Shown one piece after another: positions 41,235 through 57,221 of a DNA stretch of 64,000 bases; the stretch's first letter is position 1; each line of letters begins with the position of its first letter. The position numbers were made by a program, and so were the translations under genes. Source of the stretch: Octopus vulgaris (lineage: Eukaryota); NCBI GenBank assembly GCA_951406725.2, contig OX597825.1, forward strand, positions 39,866,001 to 39,930,000, written 5' to 3'. The notes under the pieces are model-generated. The model searched no databases. It saw nothing but the letters and a program-made list of their open reading frames with translations, and had not been told where the DNA came from.

Positions 41235-41470
41235 ATTGGGGAAATTTTGAACATGCGATCTCAATTTAAAGGCATATTTCGATGTTGTGTCCTAGTATAT
41301 GTGCTGCTTCTTTTAGTTTTTGTATTTTCCAGTGGTGTTCTCTATTATTTTAACTTCATCCTACGACCTCTTAAGCAGGCCGAGTGCAGATATGAACAAC
41401 ATATGGGAACGGTATTAAGGAAGGATAGGATAATTTATAAGCCCTAAATTTCAATCCATAATTGCCCGCA

Positions 41471-41535
41471 GGCATATGGTTAAGAGAGCGGACTACTAAC
41501 CCCAAGATTCCCTGTTCGATTCCAGTCAGTGACCT
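41471..41535 (+). mobile_element. tRNA-like head of the 37.4-37.7 kb SINE family
   Basis: TGGTTAAGAGAGCGGACTACTAACCCCAAGATTCCCTGTTCGATTCCAGTCAGTGACCT matches the reverse complement of 37648-37714. Confidence 0.7.
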
Positions 41536-42772
41536 CTATGATAAAAATATTAATTATGCACGTACATTATCTCATCTTTCTGAAAGGCAGAAATTTACTT
41601 GATTGGTAAATGCTGGTAAATATTTTATTGAAATCCAGATACACAACTTCCAGAATTTAAATATACTCTGGACAGCTAATCAGCAAGTTACTGTTATTAT
41701 CCATTAGGTCATTTGTGTTTCAAAACGATGATAATTAAAATTAAAATAAAACAGCTAAGAATTTTTAACATTAGTGCAATGCACAAAGCCGGTAATAATA
41801 TAGCACCTTCACAAAATATTTCTCTATGATTCTGTCACTCTAAGCATTGTCGTTGACTCCACTTAGAGAATCCCCTCCTTTTAGAAGTTCAGTTTTTCGT
41901 CCTGAATTTACAATTAAATTTAAATCTGGCATGCATGTAACTAATTATAAATCCTGCAGGAAATGTCTATAGTACTGACCTTGTATCGCAGTATTGCAGA
42001 AGAGACACAAATACTTACCTCCGCTTAAATGTTTCCAGTTGATGTATGATATTTGACACGAAATAGAGAGACAACATAATATTAATTAGGCATCAGGAAA
42101 ATCATTTTGTAGGAATATGCTACACATTTTCAAAACGTACAAAAAATAGCTGCATGTATAAAAAGTTCAGATGCAATAGTGTATATCGACACTAGATTAA
42201 AGCAACGCTTGAATTTATATGTATGTATGTGCGTGTGTTTGTATGGGTGTGGGCGTGGACGTCGGCGTATGTGCGTGTGTTTGTGTGTATGTGTGATGTA
42301 ATGATAGTTTGACCCAACTCCTCGCAACTTAAAGATATTAAGACTAAAGATTAAAGATATTAATCAGTCGAGGTCAAAGCTCTCGAAACTGTGATGCTCT
42401 ACACATAAACGAGAACGGCAGCTTGCCCTCCTCACCCATAATGAACCATCAGCGTTCACGATGATACTGATATCGGGACAGCTGTTCACCAAAATTTGAT
42501 TTTTTAAATTTAGTACCACCATATTTCTCAAATGTGCACAAACAAATGTTAATCGAACGTCGCCAAATATAGTTAATCCCATGGAAATGCTGTTGACACT
42601 AATCTGTTAGTACTCTACAAATCGACCACCGATTACCTTCTACTGTGATAACAGCTAATTATGCCCTGTGTTGAATCAAATGTAATGATGTCGTTGATAT
42701 ACCATGCCAAGGTGTCCAGCCATGGCGGTCATAGCAAAGTACCAGCCTCATGTCTAAGCACAAAGCACTATA

Positions 42773-42810
<38 letters not shown>

Positions 42811-44810
42811 TATTAGTTCAACACCACTGTTTAGTAACAATGTTAATCGTATGTTACCATTTGACGTTGTGTTATATGATAACGAACGATTTCTCCCTCT
42901 AACGAGCGTAAGTAAATGCTGTTTGTGAAGGCATTTCCTGACACCGATATCCAAGGAGCGAGATCGACTGAAAATCTTTCCCAATTATTCAAGATAACGC
43001 AGGACAAGCAGAAACGGGAGAGACGAAATTTTAGACAAGTCCATGATTTACTTAGGTGTTTAAATTATTTAACTCTTTCTTGAGCGGACACACTTTTTTT
43101 TCAGTCCATATATTGTGAAGATGTAATAAATCAGTATATCGGCATATTCCCTACGCATAACGTCTGCTGCACAGCTACAATTTCACAGAATGGTGAGTGT
43201 TACCAGTAAACTGATATACATTTTCTATGCAGTTTTTTGTCGCGAATATTTGTCTTATTTTGACACTGTTACACATAATAGAACAGCTTATGAATTTTAA
43301 ACATGACGATCATAATATGTTTTACAGAATTCAAATATTGCTTTGTTATTGTGACATCAAATGCATTAATAGTTATCTAACTTTCACTCATTAATTATCG
43401 TATAATGGTCACATTTCAGTATTTCCCAAACCTAGGGATTCTGTCTTTATTTTTTATTATAGCACCATTTTTACATCTTTAAACTCAAGTTTATAATTTC
43501 ACCAAACCTCCACACTAATTTGCTTTAATCTTCTATTTCATTGACACAAAGAAAAATATATACAATTATAATAAAATAAAAAAGTTTGATAAAAGAATTA
43601 TTTATCATTTTATATTTTATATGTCCCCTTTCATCGCAACTACATAACATCTTACGTTATGAAGTATTATATTTTCTCAACAAGCTGTAAGCTTTATGTC
43701 TGTGGATAGAATAGATGCTGCCGTCTCGAAGAAACAACACTATTAACAAGCGTGCGATTTGAATTCACAAATTTCGTTTGCATTTTGTAAATCAGTCTTC
43801 TTGTAGTTCATATTTGTTCTAAATATACAAAAATATACAAAAACTTCAGTATTAAATAAAATTATAAGGCACGGCTTGTTACAATTGGTACTCATTTAGC
43901 ACTGCGAGTAATAGAGGTGAAATGTATATGAGGAGGAGTTTTCTTGAATATCTCAATAGTATTTGAAATTTTGTTGACAATTATAATGCACACATTCCGA
44001 TGACTAGAAATAACGAATTAACTTTTTGGTAATACATATTTGAGCATGCAAACACATAGTAAAGAAATTCAGGGTGTCCATGCACTTATCAGTTAAAACA
44101 ATTTCTTAGGCCATCTATTTACATGCGATCCTTTATTCTCAGTTTCCAAACACTGAGATTTCTGTTCAAAGAAAACAATAGAAAATTGCTTGTTGTGTAG
44201 ATAGCGCTTATTGATATATATGTTAATACAATGATTTTGGGAGAGATATAGTCCAGGTTGATATTCAACAAAATTTCTCTTTTGGCGCGATACTTTGTAT
44301 GTTTAAATTTTTACTAAATTCAGTTACCTCAGTTATGGCATAGGATGTTACCACGGATGTAATAAGTATAAATAAATAAATATTTCATGAATATTGACAA
44401 AATTATAAATCTAAAATTTACGCTATCACAAGAACTTTAATTGGAAGTTAGATCTAACTTAAAAGAGTATCTAAAGGGAAATGCAACCAATATATTTCAA
44501 TGATACAAAAGTAGAATCAATACAATATTTTAAGTAGAAAAATTGATCAGATAAATTAAAAATAATAACAATAACTATTTAATGAAGAGGAGGTATGACA
44601 TAAATCATAAGCATTTGTGAGTTTGATACTTGGAAGAGCTATAGACTCTTGAATTTCTTCTTCACGTTCACCTACTGTGTTACATGAGCTAGAACTGCAG
44701 AGTAAACAGTTTTTGCCAGGGAAGCAATAAAAGAAAAAAACATGCAGAAATGAACTTTTCACTTCTTAATAAAATCTAACGCCGTCAAGGCGGGCAAGTA
44801 GTGTAGAAAC

Positions 44811-44887
<77 letters not shown>

Positions 44888-44917
44888 AGATGTGGAACAC
44901 GAGTTGTGATATATAAA

Positions 44918-45236
44918 AAAAGGAATTGAAGAAAATGCTGACAAAATAATTTAAGTAAGGGAGAGTGTATTTAATTAGGGGAAAGTTATTTTTACCGGTT
45001 GCGCATTTGTTATGCTTATCAAAAGATATTTTTGAGAGAGATAGAGTTCCTTTCTGATAGATTTTTTTCTATTATCTGATAAGAGAAAAAAATCTATCAG
45101 AAAGGAACTCTATCTCTCTTAAAAATATATCTTTTGATAAGCATAACAAATGCGCAACCGGTAATAAGAACTTTCACCTAATTAAATACACTCTCCCTTA
45201 CTTAAATTATTTTGTCAGCATTTTCTTCATTTCCTT

Positions 45237-45237
<1 letters not shown>
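44918..45237. repeat. Near-perfect ~320 bp palindrome between (TA)n tracts
   Basis: Arms of ~155 bp with only a few mismatches, centred near 45077. Confidence 0.9.
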
Positions 45238-45282
<45 letters not shown>

Positions 45283-45799
45283 CACACGCTCGCACGCATA
45301 CACATGCATACTCAGACTCACACATATCGATATATTTGAAGTTTACAAAAGAAACTAAAGACGAAGACAGGTGTATAAACAACAAGCAGGTGTATTAGTT
45401 TAATGCTCGGGAAGGTGAGGAAAGAATTTTACATTTCAACCCTACGCTTTTTAACACAAAGGAACACGAGAAAATAAACAGGGAGAGAATAAAAAGAGCT
45501 TTATATATAGATATACATACCTATCTATTCACTCTTTCTACTACAGGAACGAGGTGTGGCATTCTACTGTAAATTAATTCATGTATACGTAAAGGATCAC
45601 TAGATGTCAACCTCGGCTATATTTAAGCCCGGAACTTACAGACAGATTAATTACTGCTAAGCATTTTGTCGAGCGCATTAACAAGTCTGCATGCATGTAT
45701 GTGTGGGAGAGAAAGCTAGTGTGAGAGAGAAAGTGAGATTTAGAGAAAGAGAGAAACTGTGTGTATGTGCCAGTGTGCAGTGAATGAGAGTGAGATACA

Positions 45800-46758
<959 letters not shown>

Positions 46759-46789
46759 TGCATATAGATGACAACAGATTAAAATACAT

Positions 46790-48350
46790 CTATAATCCAA
46801 ATATAAAATTTTGAAACCAACTGATCTGAAACTGGGCCGATTGTTACAGGACCAGTATTCACCATCCTAAGATTCAGCAACTCGCTGGACATAACTTTTA
46901 AGCCTTTATAGAGATTACTTCCTGAGTAATGGAATTCTTAAACCATATCCCAGAAGGTATAGATAAAGAGATCGATTTGACGTAACTAATCTCTACACAA
47001 ATATTCCCCGTATATATTGACTAAAAAAAGTAAAATTCTGGAAAAACAAACACCCAAAAGAATACAGGAGAGATGCTCAACAGAATTTATACTTAACGTT
47101 TATAGATATTTCTGAAGAACATCTATTTCCTCTTTGATAAACAATGTTATCTACAAATACAAGGCAACTCGTTGGTGACAAACGTCGCATCGGCATTTGG
47201 CATTTGCCACACTAGTAATGGGATACCTAGAAGAAAAAATCAATACCCTATCCAAAACAACTTTTAGTTATCTCTTCCAAAGCTACATTATAGGAAACTC
47301 GAAAAGCTTTCTTAGATGGTTGCCTTCTTGTTTGGATCCTAGTGAAGGAGGACTACACAAAATCCCTTAAATTAACGAAGAGTATTCATGTCTCAAACAT
47401 TTCACTATCGAAATGAGGGGAAAGGAATTCCCCTTTCTGGGCATCCTGATAATTAAAAAGAAAGTGAGGCTGTTACAATAGAACTCTACTACAATAACAC
47501 AGACACGCGCCAATATTTACATTTTAGATCTCCCCACCCATCACATACAAAAAGGAACATACCATCTAATATGGCAAGGTGGATATGGCCAACAGTCACC
47601 GATACTGTTAGAGGAGAGAAAAGACTGGGAGAACGTAATATATTCCTTCAGAAATAAAAATATGCCAACAAGTAAATTCAACACGCCATGACAACAGCAA
47701 TGGAAATCTCCATTTCTACCTTACAGAGAAACACCAAGGCTAGGTGTGAAAATAAAAACAGAAATACAAATACTCTGTCTGCACTCAACACAGACCTAGA
47801 AACCGCAATACGCTGCACTCGTCCAACTTATGCCGCCGAATTCTACATCAATCATCAAATCTTCAACCAATAATTAAGAAATCACAAATTATAAAGAGTC
47901 GAAGAGAACCACCTAACCCCAGGAGACTCCTAACCGAGGCGCGATTCACATTAGAAAAAGAAACGAAGCAAGTAACCAACTGTGGGAAACCCCGTTGTGG
48001 GACATGCGAATTGATTGAACAAGGGACAAAAAACCCCACATGAATAAGAAGAAATTAAATGTGAATGTAAGCATGGATTACCAAACAAAAAACTTATCTA
48101 CTACATCACATTCCCACAATGAAATGAAAATTATATGGGGGACACTAGATGGAAAGTGACCAGCTGTTAAAATGTGCATAAACAACAATTTAGAGATTCA
48201 TCTATTAGGAATATCTCATGCAGGAAACATCTTGATATCCGCGCAAATAGAAAGATTTTAATATTTCCATTTTACAAAATAAACAATGAAAATGTACAAC
48301 AATGAAAAGCAAAAACACTATACTTTATAAAAAATTGTAAATCCGAAATT
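46790..48350 (+). mobile_element. Penelope-like element (RT + GIY-YIG), decayed
   Basis: PIVTGP, FDVTNLYTNIP, YLQIQG, FLDGC (for FLDDC), FPFLGILI, TDTRQYLHFRSPHPSHTKRNIP, CGKPRCGTCEL, LIYYIT..NYMGDT. Confidence 0.85.
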
Positions 48351-48734
48351 AAACGGGAAACAGCCTACACTCCATACAATAAACAGTGGTATAAGAATAT
48401 TTATGATTAAACCACAAGTTTCAAAACTAAATCGGAAATAACACTGCCACTACCACAGAAATAACAATTACCCATTTAAGAGCATGTGTGTTTGAAAAGG
48501 CTAAACGAAAGCGATCACACACTAGAAAAAAATCTTCTTCACAAAAATGATTATTAACAACCTCATGAAAAAAAAAAAAAATTCCACTCTATCGCGTGTC
48601 AAAGAATTTACAGGGAACAGCATTGAAAGCAGAGGAGACAAAGTCATACGTGATCGACCATGATTACTTCTTATTTAAGTTCCATTTAGAAAGATTGTTG
48701 CTGAGGAAAATATGTTGAAAACGGAAAGGTTAAT

Positions 48735-48952
48735 ATTGCTTTCAAATTTCGGCACAATGCTAGCAAATTCGGGGCAAGGGGTAATCGACTTACCTCGACA
48801 CTAAATGCAAAACTGCTGCTTATTTCATCAACCCAGAAAGGTTGAAAGGTAAATTCGAGCTCTGAGGAAATTGAACTTAGAGCGTAAAGACGGAAGAAAT
48901 GCTACTTAGTATTTCGCACGGCGTGGAAACGATTCTGCCCGCTGATTGCCCT
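48735..48952 (-). mobile_element. SINE, diverged
   Basis: Similar to copies at 62715-62920 and 63262-63432 (CTTATTTCATCAACCCAGAAAGG..GAACTTAGAGCGTAAAGACGG). Confidence 0.6.
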
Positions 48953-50255
48953 AAAGATGAAAATAATTGGCCACATAAATAGCCTTGATAGATATGTATA
49001 TTGTATTCAGAAAACGTCTTGAAGGCATCGTGAAACTCATGAAAAATACAACTGAGTTGGATATATTGTTCGCCAATATCACTGATCACGAGAATATATC
49101 AGTAAGTTATCTTACATTTAGTAATTATTGTAATACTGTGTTTTTTTGCACGATTTTCCTCGGCATTGACAACTAAAGTCTCTACTTATTTATTTCGCGT
49201 TCTATTCTTCCCATGATTTCATCATAAAACACTCGATGTAATTGATGCATATACTTCAATATGTCTTCGAACTCTTCCCTTAAAAAAATCAAACTTCTTG
49301 CAAATAAACAAAAAAGTTATTAACGGCAATATATAAACTACAGCTACATCACATGATGCAATTTCGAGGCAATAAAAATATGTACGACGCTATCTTTGAA
49401 ATTCCGTTCTGGTGTTTGTATATTAAATCTTTTTTACTTGGTTGCAATATTTGCTTTGCTGATTTATGATTCATTTCAAAGATTTATATATATTGTACAG
49501 ATTATATGCAACGTCATTTGTGTTACTTTGTGTAGGTGTGTAGGTGTTTGTCGCATGTCTTTTTCTTTCAACGAAAGCAAAATATGAACTCTAAATGTTT
49601 CATTATGATCTTGGTTTCTACTGAACAGAATTCCACTGGCGTTAGTTGTCACTGTCATATATTCAGCTAACTTTTAGTTGCGGTTATTTATAGGACTGTT
49701 AATGCGCTATTAGTATCGTTGTATTATCCTTGATAAATCCATATTGCACTTGTTGCTAGATGCAATGAAGCTTTCTGAGCTTTAAAACAAAAAGCTTACC
49801 GCCTTCGGCAACTGTGCTTCCTGGCTTGTGCTGCTGAATTTAAATTTTCAGTATTGATGCTTGGAAGTGTAAAATAAAGTGGTCACTTATAGCTCGTATG
49901 CCCCTGCTTCTACATTATTACGACTACCAATTAAAACATGATGATCTGAAATTTAAGATGCATGTTTCTAAAATTGTTCATCATGTCTTATTATTTGTCC
50001 AGAAGCATTTCAAATATTTATCACGGGTAGTTACCTATTTTTGCAAGGAGCGTAGTCACATTATTCGATTTATAACCTATTCGTTTTTAAATGTTTAGAT
50101 AGAGGAAAGATGGCATCGTTGACTTTTCTATATGTCTATAATTGCTCCCATTCTTAGTCGTAATCACACTCTTTCTCACACACACTCATTTATATATATG
50201 TATGTATATAGTGAGATAGGTAATTAGAGAGAGAGAGAGAGACGAAAGCGACATG

Positions 50256-50287
<32 letters not shown>

Positions 50288-50524
50288 CATATGCATATAT
50301 ATATATATAAGTAAAATTATATATATATACATATATATATACTTATATATATGTATATATACATAAACATATATACATATATATATATGCATGAATGTTT
50401 GTATGTATATATTTGTATATATATATAGATACATACATACACACAATATTTATATATATATATATATGTATAAGTATGTATGTATGTATGTATATATATA
50501 TACATATGTGTTTGTGTGGGCGTG

Positions 50525-50571
<47 letters not shown>

Positions 50572-51539
50572 ACGCCCACACATATGCAGATTTTTGAAAC
50601 GTATACGAAATTACTAGTCGCTAGGTTTCCTGATCGAAAAAAGACGCAAGCACTGAGATGACTGAAAGTGGAATAAACAAACAATAATTTCTTATCAAAT
50701 TTAGCCTCCAGCTACTAATAGGAAAATCAATCAGAATATGTCGCAGATTAATTTTGATTTAATTTAGTTTTTAAAAGCACAAACAGATATTTTCCTCCCC
50801 CATCTAATGACTAAACTGTACTCGTCTATTTCTCGTTGACATAATTATTCATGACTGAAAATATTTTTGTAAGATGTAGTATTACGTTTTTTTTTGTTTA
50901 TAATCTAATTTCATATTTATAATTTGTGATTTAAATGTTTTCTTTTCACTTCATGATCATATTGATTTTTGTCAGTTTCGTAGGGTCTACATTTCTTTTT
51001 TTAAAATTATGCCCAGCTTGAATTAATTTTTTCCTTCAAATTTGTTTGACTTAGGGTTTAGTTACGTTCCACGTTTTTTTTGTGTTTTTCATTGCGTTGC
51101 TCTTAAGACTGCTGCCGTTCTCTTATTTTTCCTTTTTGCTTGCTATCGTGGAAAAAGATGTTAAAAAAACTATTGCTCGTAAGGCGCATATTTAAATCAG
51201 TTATACTTAATAATTATCTCACTACTATTCACTGCCTACCACCTTTCATTGGGATGGAAGGAAGTACGGTTTGTTGTTTAACATATATTTCAGATTTTCC
51301 TTTTAAATAATTTACTTAACATTACGAGTTACAAGACAAAGCAGAGCTAAAATAGATAACGGTTCCAGCTAAATAAATGTTGTATATTCAAAACTGTTTT
51401 AATAGATAGGAAGAAAACAGGGAAAATTAAAATTACACTGGCACATTTGTGCATTTCTCTATTGACCACTAATATTTATATATAAACAGAAATAATCATA
51501 TTTACTGCAAGGTCTTAATATGATGAGTTTTAAAGAAGT

Positions 51540-53220
51540 GCTGTACATAGGGTAAGAATTCAGCCAGAAGTTAGGTATCCGGTCTGGTCGTTGTGTTTTC
51601 TATTTATTAGACTTTCTTAGAACATATCTTAGCTCTTCTACACCTATTGCTTCCCATTTCTACTCTTCAACTTCATCCACTCTCATTTGCTCACTTTCTA
51701 TCCAGTGAGCTTCAGCAACATATTCTTTCTCGTTGATTTTTACCTTCTTCCAGAAATCTTAGATGGCAGAAATCTTTCCTGAATCTTAAGTAGCTCTTTT
51801 ACTTCTATCTTGCTTTTGCCAATTTCACCATAACATTTCTTTGCGTCCGACTTGAATACCTTGTTTTGTCAAAAAAATGTGTGTCTTTTGTCATATTTTC
51901 TGAGTCGTTAGGCTTTCAGTTTTATTCGTTGTTTCACTTCACCATTTCCTTGGTTGCATGGAGGTATATATATATTTTTGATTTTTGTAGCTTATTTTGT
52001 CTTAACATTTACTCCTCAAAAAAGTTTATAGAAAACTGGCACATCCGCCCGCAGAGATTCGATCGAATTTTGTATTGCTATTTTCCACTTAGGAGGGCTA
52101 TTGACATGGTTGGTCATTTTCTGTGTCGTCCTTTTATCTAGTTGAGCAGTATCCACTTAAGAAGTGGAATAGATGAGTTTATTTAACTTTGTTAGGACAT
52201 TTCCCTTATTTCTTTATATATGGCTAAGAGCAACATTATATATCAAGATTGCGCTGCTATTTTTTATACTGTGTGAAAAATTTGGTAGTGGTTCCCTAAT
52301 TGATCATGCCAGAAAAAATCTGTCTTGTTGAGTTCTCTCACAATATTTCCTTTTCCTTCAATGATCTTCTCTTTATTATTCACTTCAAATTTCGTATGAT
52401 ATTTATTTTGGTGTTCTTGATGTAGGTTTACTTTCTTCTCTTTTCCCGCTTTTCTGTTCTTCGTTATTCAGTCTTCAGCCTTCGTTGAAATGTGCTATTC
52501 ATATACTGGGTTCTGTGCATTTGTTCCCTATTTCGTCTGCCTTGTTGTTCTATTTATTTTGTCTGCCATGAGATATTTGTTTCCTAATTTAGCTAATTTA
52601 TGCGTCATATAACCTTTAATATTTACTGATGTCTCTAAGTACATTACTTAAGTTATTTGCCTTTATATATCTGCGTACTCCGTTGCCTATTAAGCTTCTC
52701 CATGAAATGTATGTTTATACAATGCGGTTATATTTTGGGTTTAGCTTGGCTATATGAAAATCTTTCGACATACCTCTATAATCCTCTCTAGTCCCGTTTA
52801 TACGTCTTGCTTTAAGGGATGTTTTTCGTGGTATCACAATATGTCTTGTGTTACCTCGTAGTTCGTTCTTTAAAGAGTTTGTTCCAGCAGTAGACTTTTT
52901 GACTTCAGTCTGGTCCTCCACTGAGTAACGCTGTCCTTGTTGTCCCGGGTGATGATCGACTCGGCATGAGATTTGGCTTGTCATTAAAGCATTGACGGTG
53001 ACAATAGTAGATAGGTCAGTTAGTTCATTGTCAACGTTTTGATATAACACCGCTTCCATTTTCCTTGAGTGGGTGTATTTGTCATATCGTGGGCAGACAT
53101 ATCGAAAATCGCATGTATTTGCTTGGTAGCTCTGTTTCCGGTCATAAATGTCTAGCGATGTTTTAAACTGAGAGACGAATTCACTCACTTTTATTTTTGT
53201 TTGTGGGAAATCGCTCACAA
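51540..53220 (-). mobile_element. R4/Dong-like LINE N-terminal half, decayed
   Basis: ORF 52715-53218 ends RRINGTREDY..FHIAKLNP; downstream QNKVFKSDAKKCYGEIGK, FWKK..AEAHWI, PDRIPNFWL. Confidence 0.65.
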
Positions 53221-55020
53221 CTCTATTATCCTCCCCGCCATTTAAAAAATATATTTCTACCTCTGTATGCTATGCATATGTACCTTCATCTTTAGTGTAT
53301 ATAGTGTATACATATTTTTTATCATTTCATTATATACAAACCCCCAAAATCGACGTCTTTGATGACTTTGATCACATAGGTCCTAACTGCTTCCATTTGT
53401 ATTAGTGATTGCTGCTGTTTACGATGTATCTGAGTGTACAAACGACTTCACTGGATCCCCTACTTTCAGTTACAGTTTGGGAATTAAAGTACGAGAGGAC
53501 TGACGAGAATAAATAATGGTGTGGAGATTTGTTTACATTTTTTCAGGCTTTACAATATGCATCGGTATGTTAATCTCCATCAGAGACTCATATTTCGAAA
53601 AGGTGTGTAATAATAATCAGTAAAATGTCACACCGTATTGAAAGATTGCATTAAAATATTTCATTCACAACTCGTAGATTATGATAAAGTATAATTAAAA
53701 GTAAATCATTTGCAAACGGTTCTGCTGATGCGTCTCTATTCACTATTTCCGATAAGATAATTGCTTCTTCTCTTCTCACAAGTGATTTGCTAGAATATGA
53801 CAGGTAATTTTTGCTCCAAAGACATCGGTTTGTGGTAATATCTAAAATACAGACATCGGTTTGTGGCAATATCTGAAATAGTCTATAGCGTAATTGAGAG
53901 CCCTGAAATTATGTATGCGGTGTATGGTACCCGCATTGCAATTATTCGGATAAAACTGCTACAGAGCCTTTTTCTCAATCATTTTGGCTACATTGCACAG
54001 TATATTTTCATTATGTGCAACATCAGTCTGCTAGCGAAAAGTAGAATAAATTGTTTTATCGCGTGTGGATAAATTTTAAATTGCAGTCATCTACTCGAAA
54101 AGATTATCTTTTCCCAATAATTAGCTACAAATAAAAATGATTTTATCAGTCCACATAAGGATATTAATGTAAGGTATTCCACCGGGCTTATTTTGAGCAC
54201 TGTGTAAGCATTTTGTTCTTCAAACAAGACTGACTCACATTTCGTTTTGTTCAATATACTCTTCGAGTCATATAAGTGAGTCCATGTTTTTCGAAGTCGT
54301 AAGTAAAGATGAAATACACGTTATTGAAATGAAATCCATTGCTTAGCTTACATAACTCTGCCACCTTCAGGCAGATTTTTTATTTCTCTTTAATCTTCGT
54401 ATCTTTGTGTGTTATCCTGTTTGGTAATTATGCAAACATCATGTATTAGAGGGAGCAACATAACACTGCTTGCATATTAAGAGACTCAATATAAATAAGG
54501 AGACTGAAAGTCTGAATTGTTTTCAAACAGACGTCTCCTCTGTCAAACGTAGCAGTATGCTGCAGAAATATATCAAAACATATTCCTAGGAACAGGAAAG
54601 AAGTTGGAACATGAATAATGTGCTTGATGAAACAGTGTTATATATACGTTATTAAATTTTGTCTTTTCATAAGTATATATCCAAATACTTTACAAGGATT
54701 TGAAGTTTAATTGAAGATTCATGAAGGAAAAATTCTTTGGATGGAGATAGAGATAAATTTAATATTTTACCTTTTGTATCCGTACGCGATATTGTACACC
54801 AAATAAACAGGCGAAAAATATGTCGGCGCGTGTTATATTGTTTTAGTGTGGAACATTCCTCATTTAATAAACATGCTTTTCAATTTACAGCGCAGTTTCA
54901 TTGGCATGGTAACTTACACTCAGTGATATATTATTACATATTTTCAGGCTCAAAACAATTTATGCCGATACAAATTCAGGTTTCATGCTCTATGGAGCGA
55001 ACATCAGATTTTTATAATAG

Positions 55021-55089
<69 letters not shown>

Positions 55090-55254
55090 CCAATTTTTTC
55101 TATATAGGAAATAAATTCTGAATATAAAACAAACACAAATATATATGCACGCAACGCACGCACACACACAATATATGTATATATAATATGGTTATGAATT
55201 CATTCTCACTGCTACATAATGTCACCTCACAGTATATATATACATATACACATA

Positions 55255-55320
<66 letters not shown>

Positions 55321-55542
55321 GATATGTATATCTATTTATGTATATCTATTAAGCTGGTTTGCCATTAAAAACACCGAAACAATGCATTGTCTAAAGATGA
55401 TTTAGGGTAAATGTTTTTAAAATTTTCTCTAATTTCTGAATTACTACTACTTGGCGGTTTGAGTCCTGGCTGCTCTTTCTAGTTGGTCTCTTTCATTCAA
55501 TTGTTGTTGAATTTATATGTATATGTATGTATATATATGAAA

Positions 55543-55619
<77 letters not shown>

Positions 55620-56349
55620 TGAAATGCGTTTTTACTGCTTGGATCGCTTTCAATGCCACTACATCCCGTCCGATTCGCTCCAAAATTTACAGGGACATGT
55701 AAAATGATGTGTCGATGCCCGTGGACTACCTTAGGAATCCATATCTTAAAACGTGTGGTTGCTAGGGGCCATCTTCCTCACTCATGCTATTTCCTCCATT
55801 CTCCTCTAACTCCCCTTCATCTATAACTTTGACAATGCCACACCCGTTATGTAATGTATCTGTCTTCCTCAACTCACTCTCGCTATTTCCTCTCTTCCCA
55901 GCACATTTTCACTCAATCTATTTCTTACCTTCCCATAACATTCAATTATGTATCTCTCTGAATTCATAGAGAGAAACAAATATTCCATCGCCATCGCCAT
56001 CGCATTCTATTGTCTACTTGTCAACGCGCCGATCGACCAAATACAAACAGAACACATAGTGATAACATAGGTTTTTCGTATCTATAACATTTTAACATTT
56101 ATTTAGAACCCTGCAAATATTTCGTGCTAAAGTTTCATTTTTTACTACTTTTTATTTGTTCTTAAATAGATGCTTTTATTAAAATTATTTCTAATTGTCT
56201 GGGTCAACAGTTCATTTCCTCGGAGGATATGGAAATTCTTATACCCATCAGAGAAATAACTCCAGCAGCTCACAACTATTTCAACAAAGACAAGGTTACC
56301 TGCTTACCAGTCGAATTCAGCGTCAACGCTCACGTATGAGAGAGACTCC

Positions 56350-56417
<68 letters not shown>

Positions 56418-56660
56418 CTCTATATATATATATATATATATAATGTGTGCATTATGTGGTCGGTTGAGCTGAAAATATGCACACCTATGTTAAAAGTGCT
56501 GGCAAGTTTGCATGACAACTATTTTTTCCCTCAAATGAAAGGCGAGACCTCATCTTATAAAATGTGTCCCCAGTACACCCGAATGAAATCGGGTTATATT
56601 AACCAAAATGTGAAAAGGGGTCTAAATGGGGCTTGAAGGGGATTAAAATATACAGGACAA

Positions 56661-56945
56661 GGTGTTTAGTAATTCTCTGTTACATCAAGCTAAAAAATTT
56701 GCGCCAGCCTTTTAATCGTCAATGTGTTGCCGTCCACGATGAAGAAGTTTTGAATGCTTGCCATGGTGAGTCTACTGTCGTGAGAAAGAATCAATTCAAA
56801 ACTTGGTGTTTAGGGATTTTCTTTTACATCAAGTTCAAAATTTTACGCCAGCCGTTAAACTGTCAATACGTTGCTGTCCGTCGTTAAGAAATGCCAGCCA
56901 TGGTGACTCTACTATACTCAAATTCTATCCCTTCAAACTTTGGTT
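56661..56945. repeat. Diverged tandem duplication, ~143 bp unit
   Basis: GGTGTTTAG..TTACATCAAG..CGCCAGCC..GCCATGGTGA.TCTACT occurs twice. Confidence 0.75.
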
Positions 56946-57221
56946 TCCAATATTTTATTATTTTTATTCAGCTCGCAAGTTCGTCTGTTCCTTTTAAATG
57001 TTAGTGTTTTGCTGTCTGTCTTGAAGCTGACCTTTCCGTTGTTACTGCCTGATATGTATGATTGATCTTTCTAAATATTTTATTTCTCAACTTACTCAAG
57101 ATCTTTTGTTGTTTATAAATGGGAGAGAGAGAGATAAAGATAGAGAGTAAGAGAAAGCGAGGGAGAGTCCGAGAGAAAGGAAGAGTAACAGAGTGGGAAA
57201 GTAAGAGAGAAAGAAGAGAGA

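Noticed and set aside
42360-43000. AGHLG-like motif suggesting an LTR integrase, or a host exon
   Set aside because: Downstream Cys and DDE motifs not found; frames interrupted
52715-53218. 167-aa ORF as a host gene
   Set aside because: Its C-terminus and the downstream sequence fit the N-terminal part of an R4/Dong-like LINE ORF
55355-55395. GAAAC AATGCATT GTC hammerhead 3' half
   Set aside because: 5' core missing; used only as supporting context
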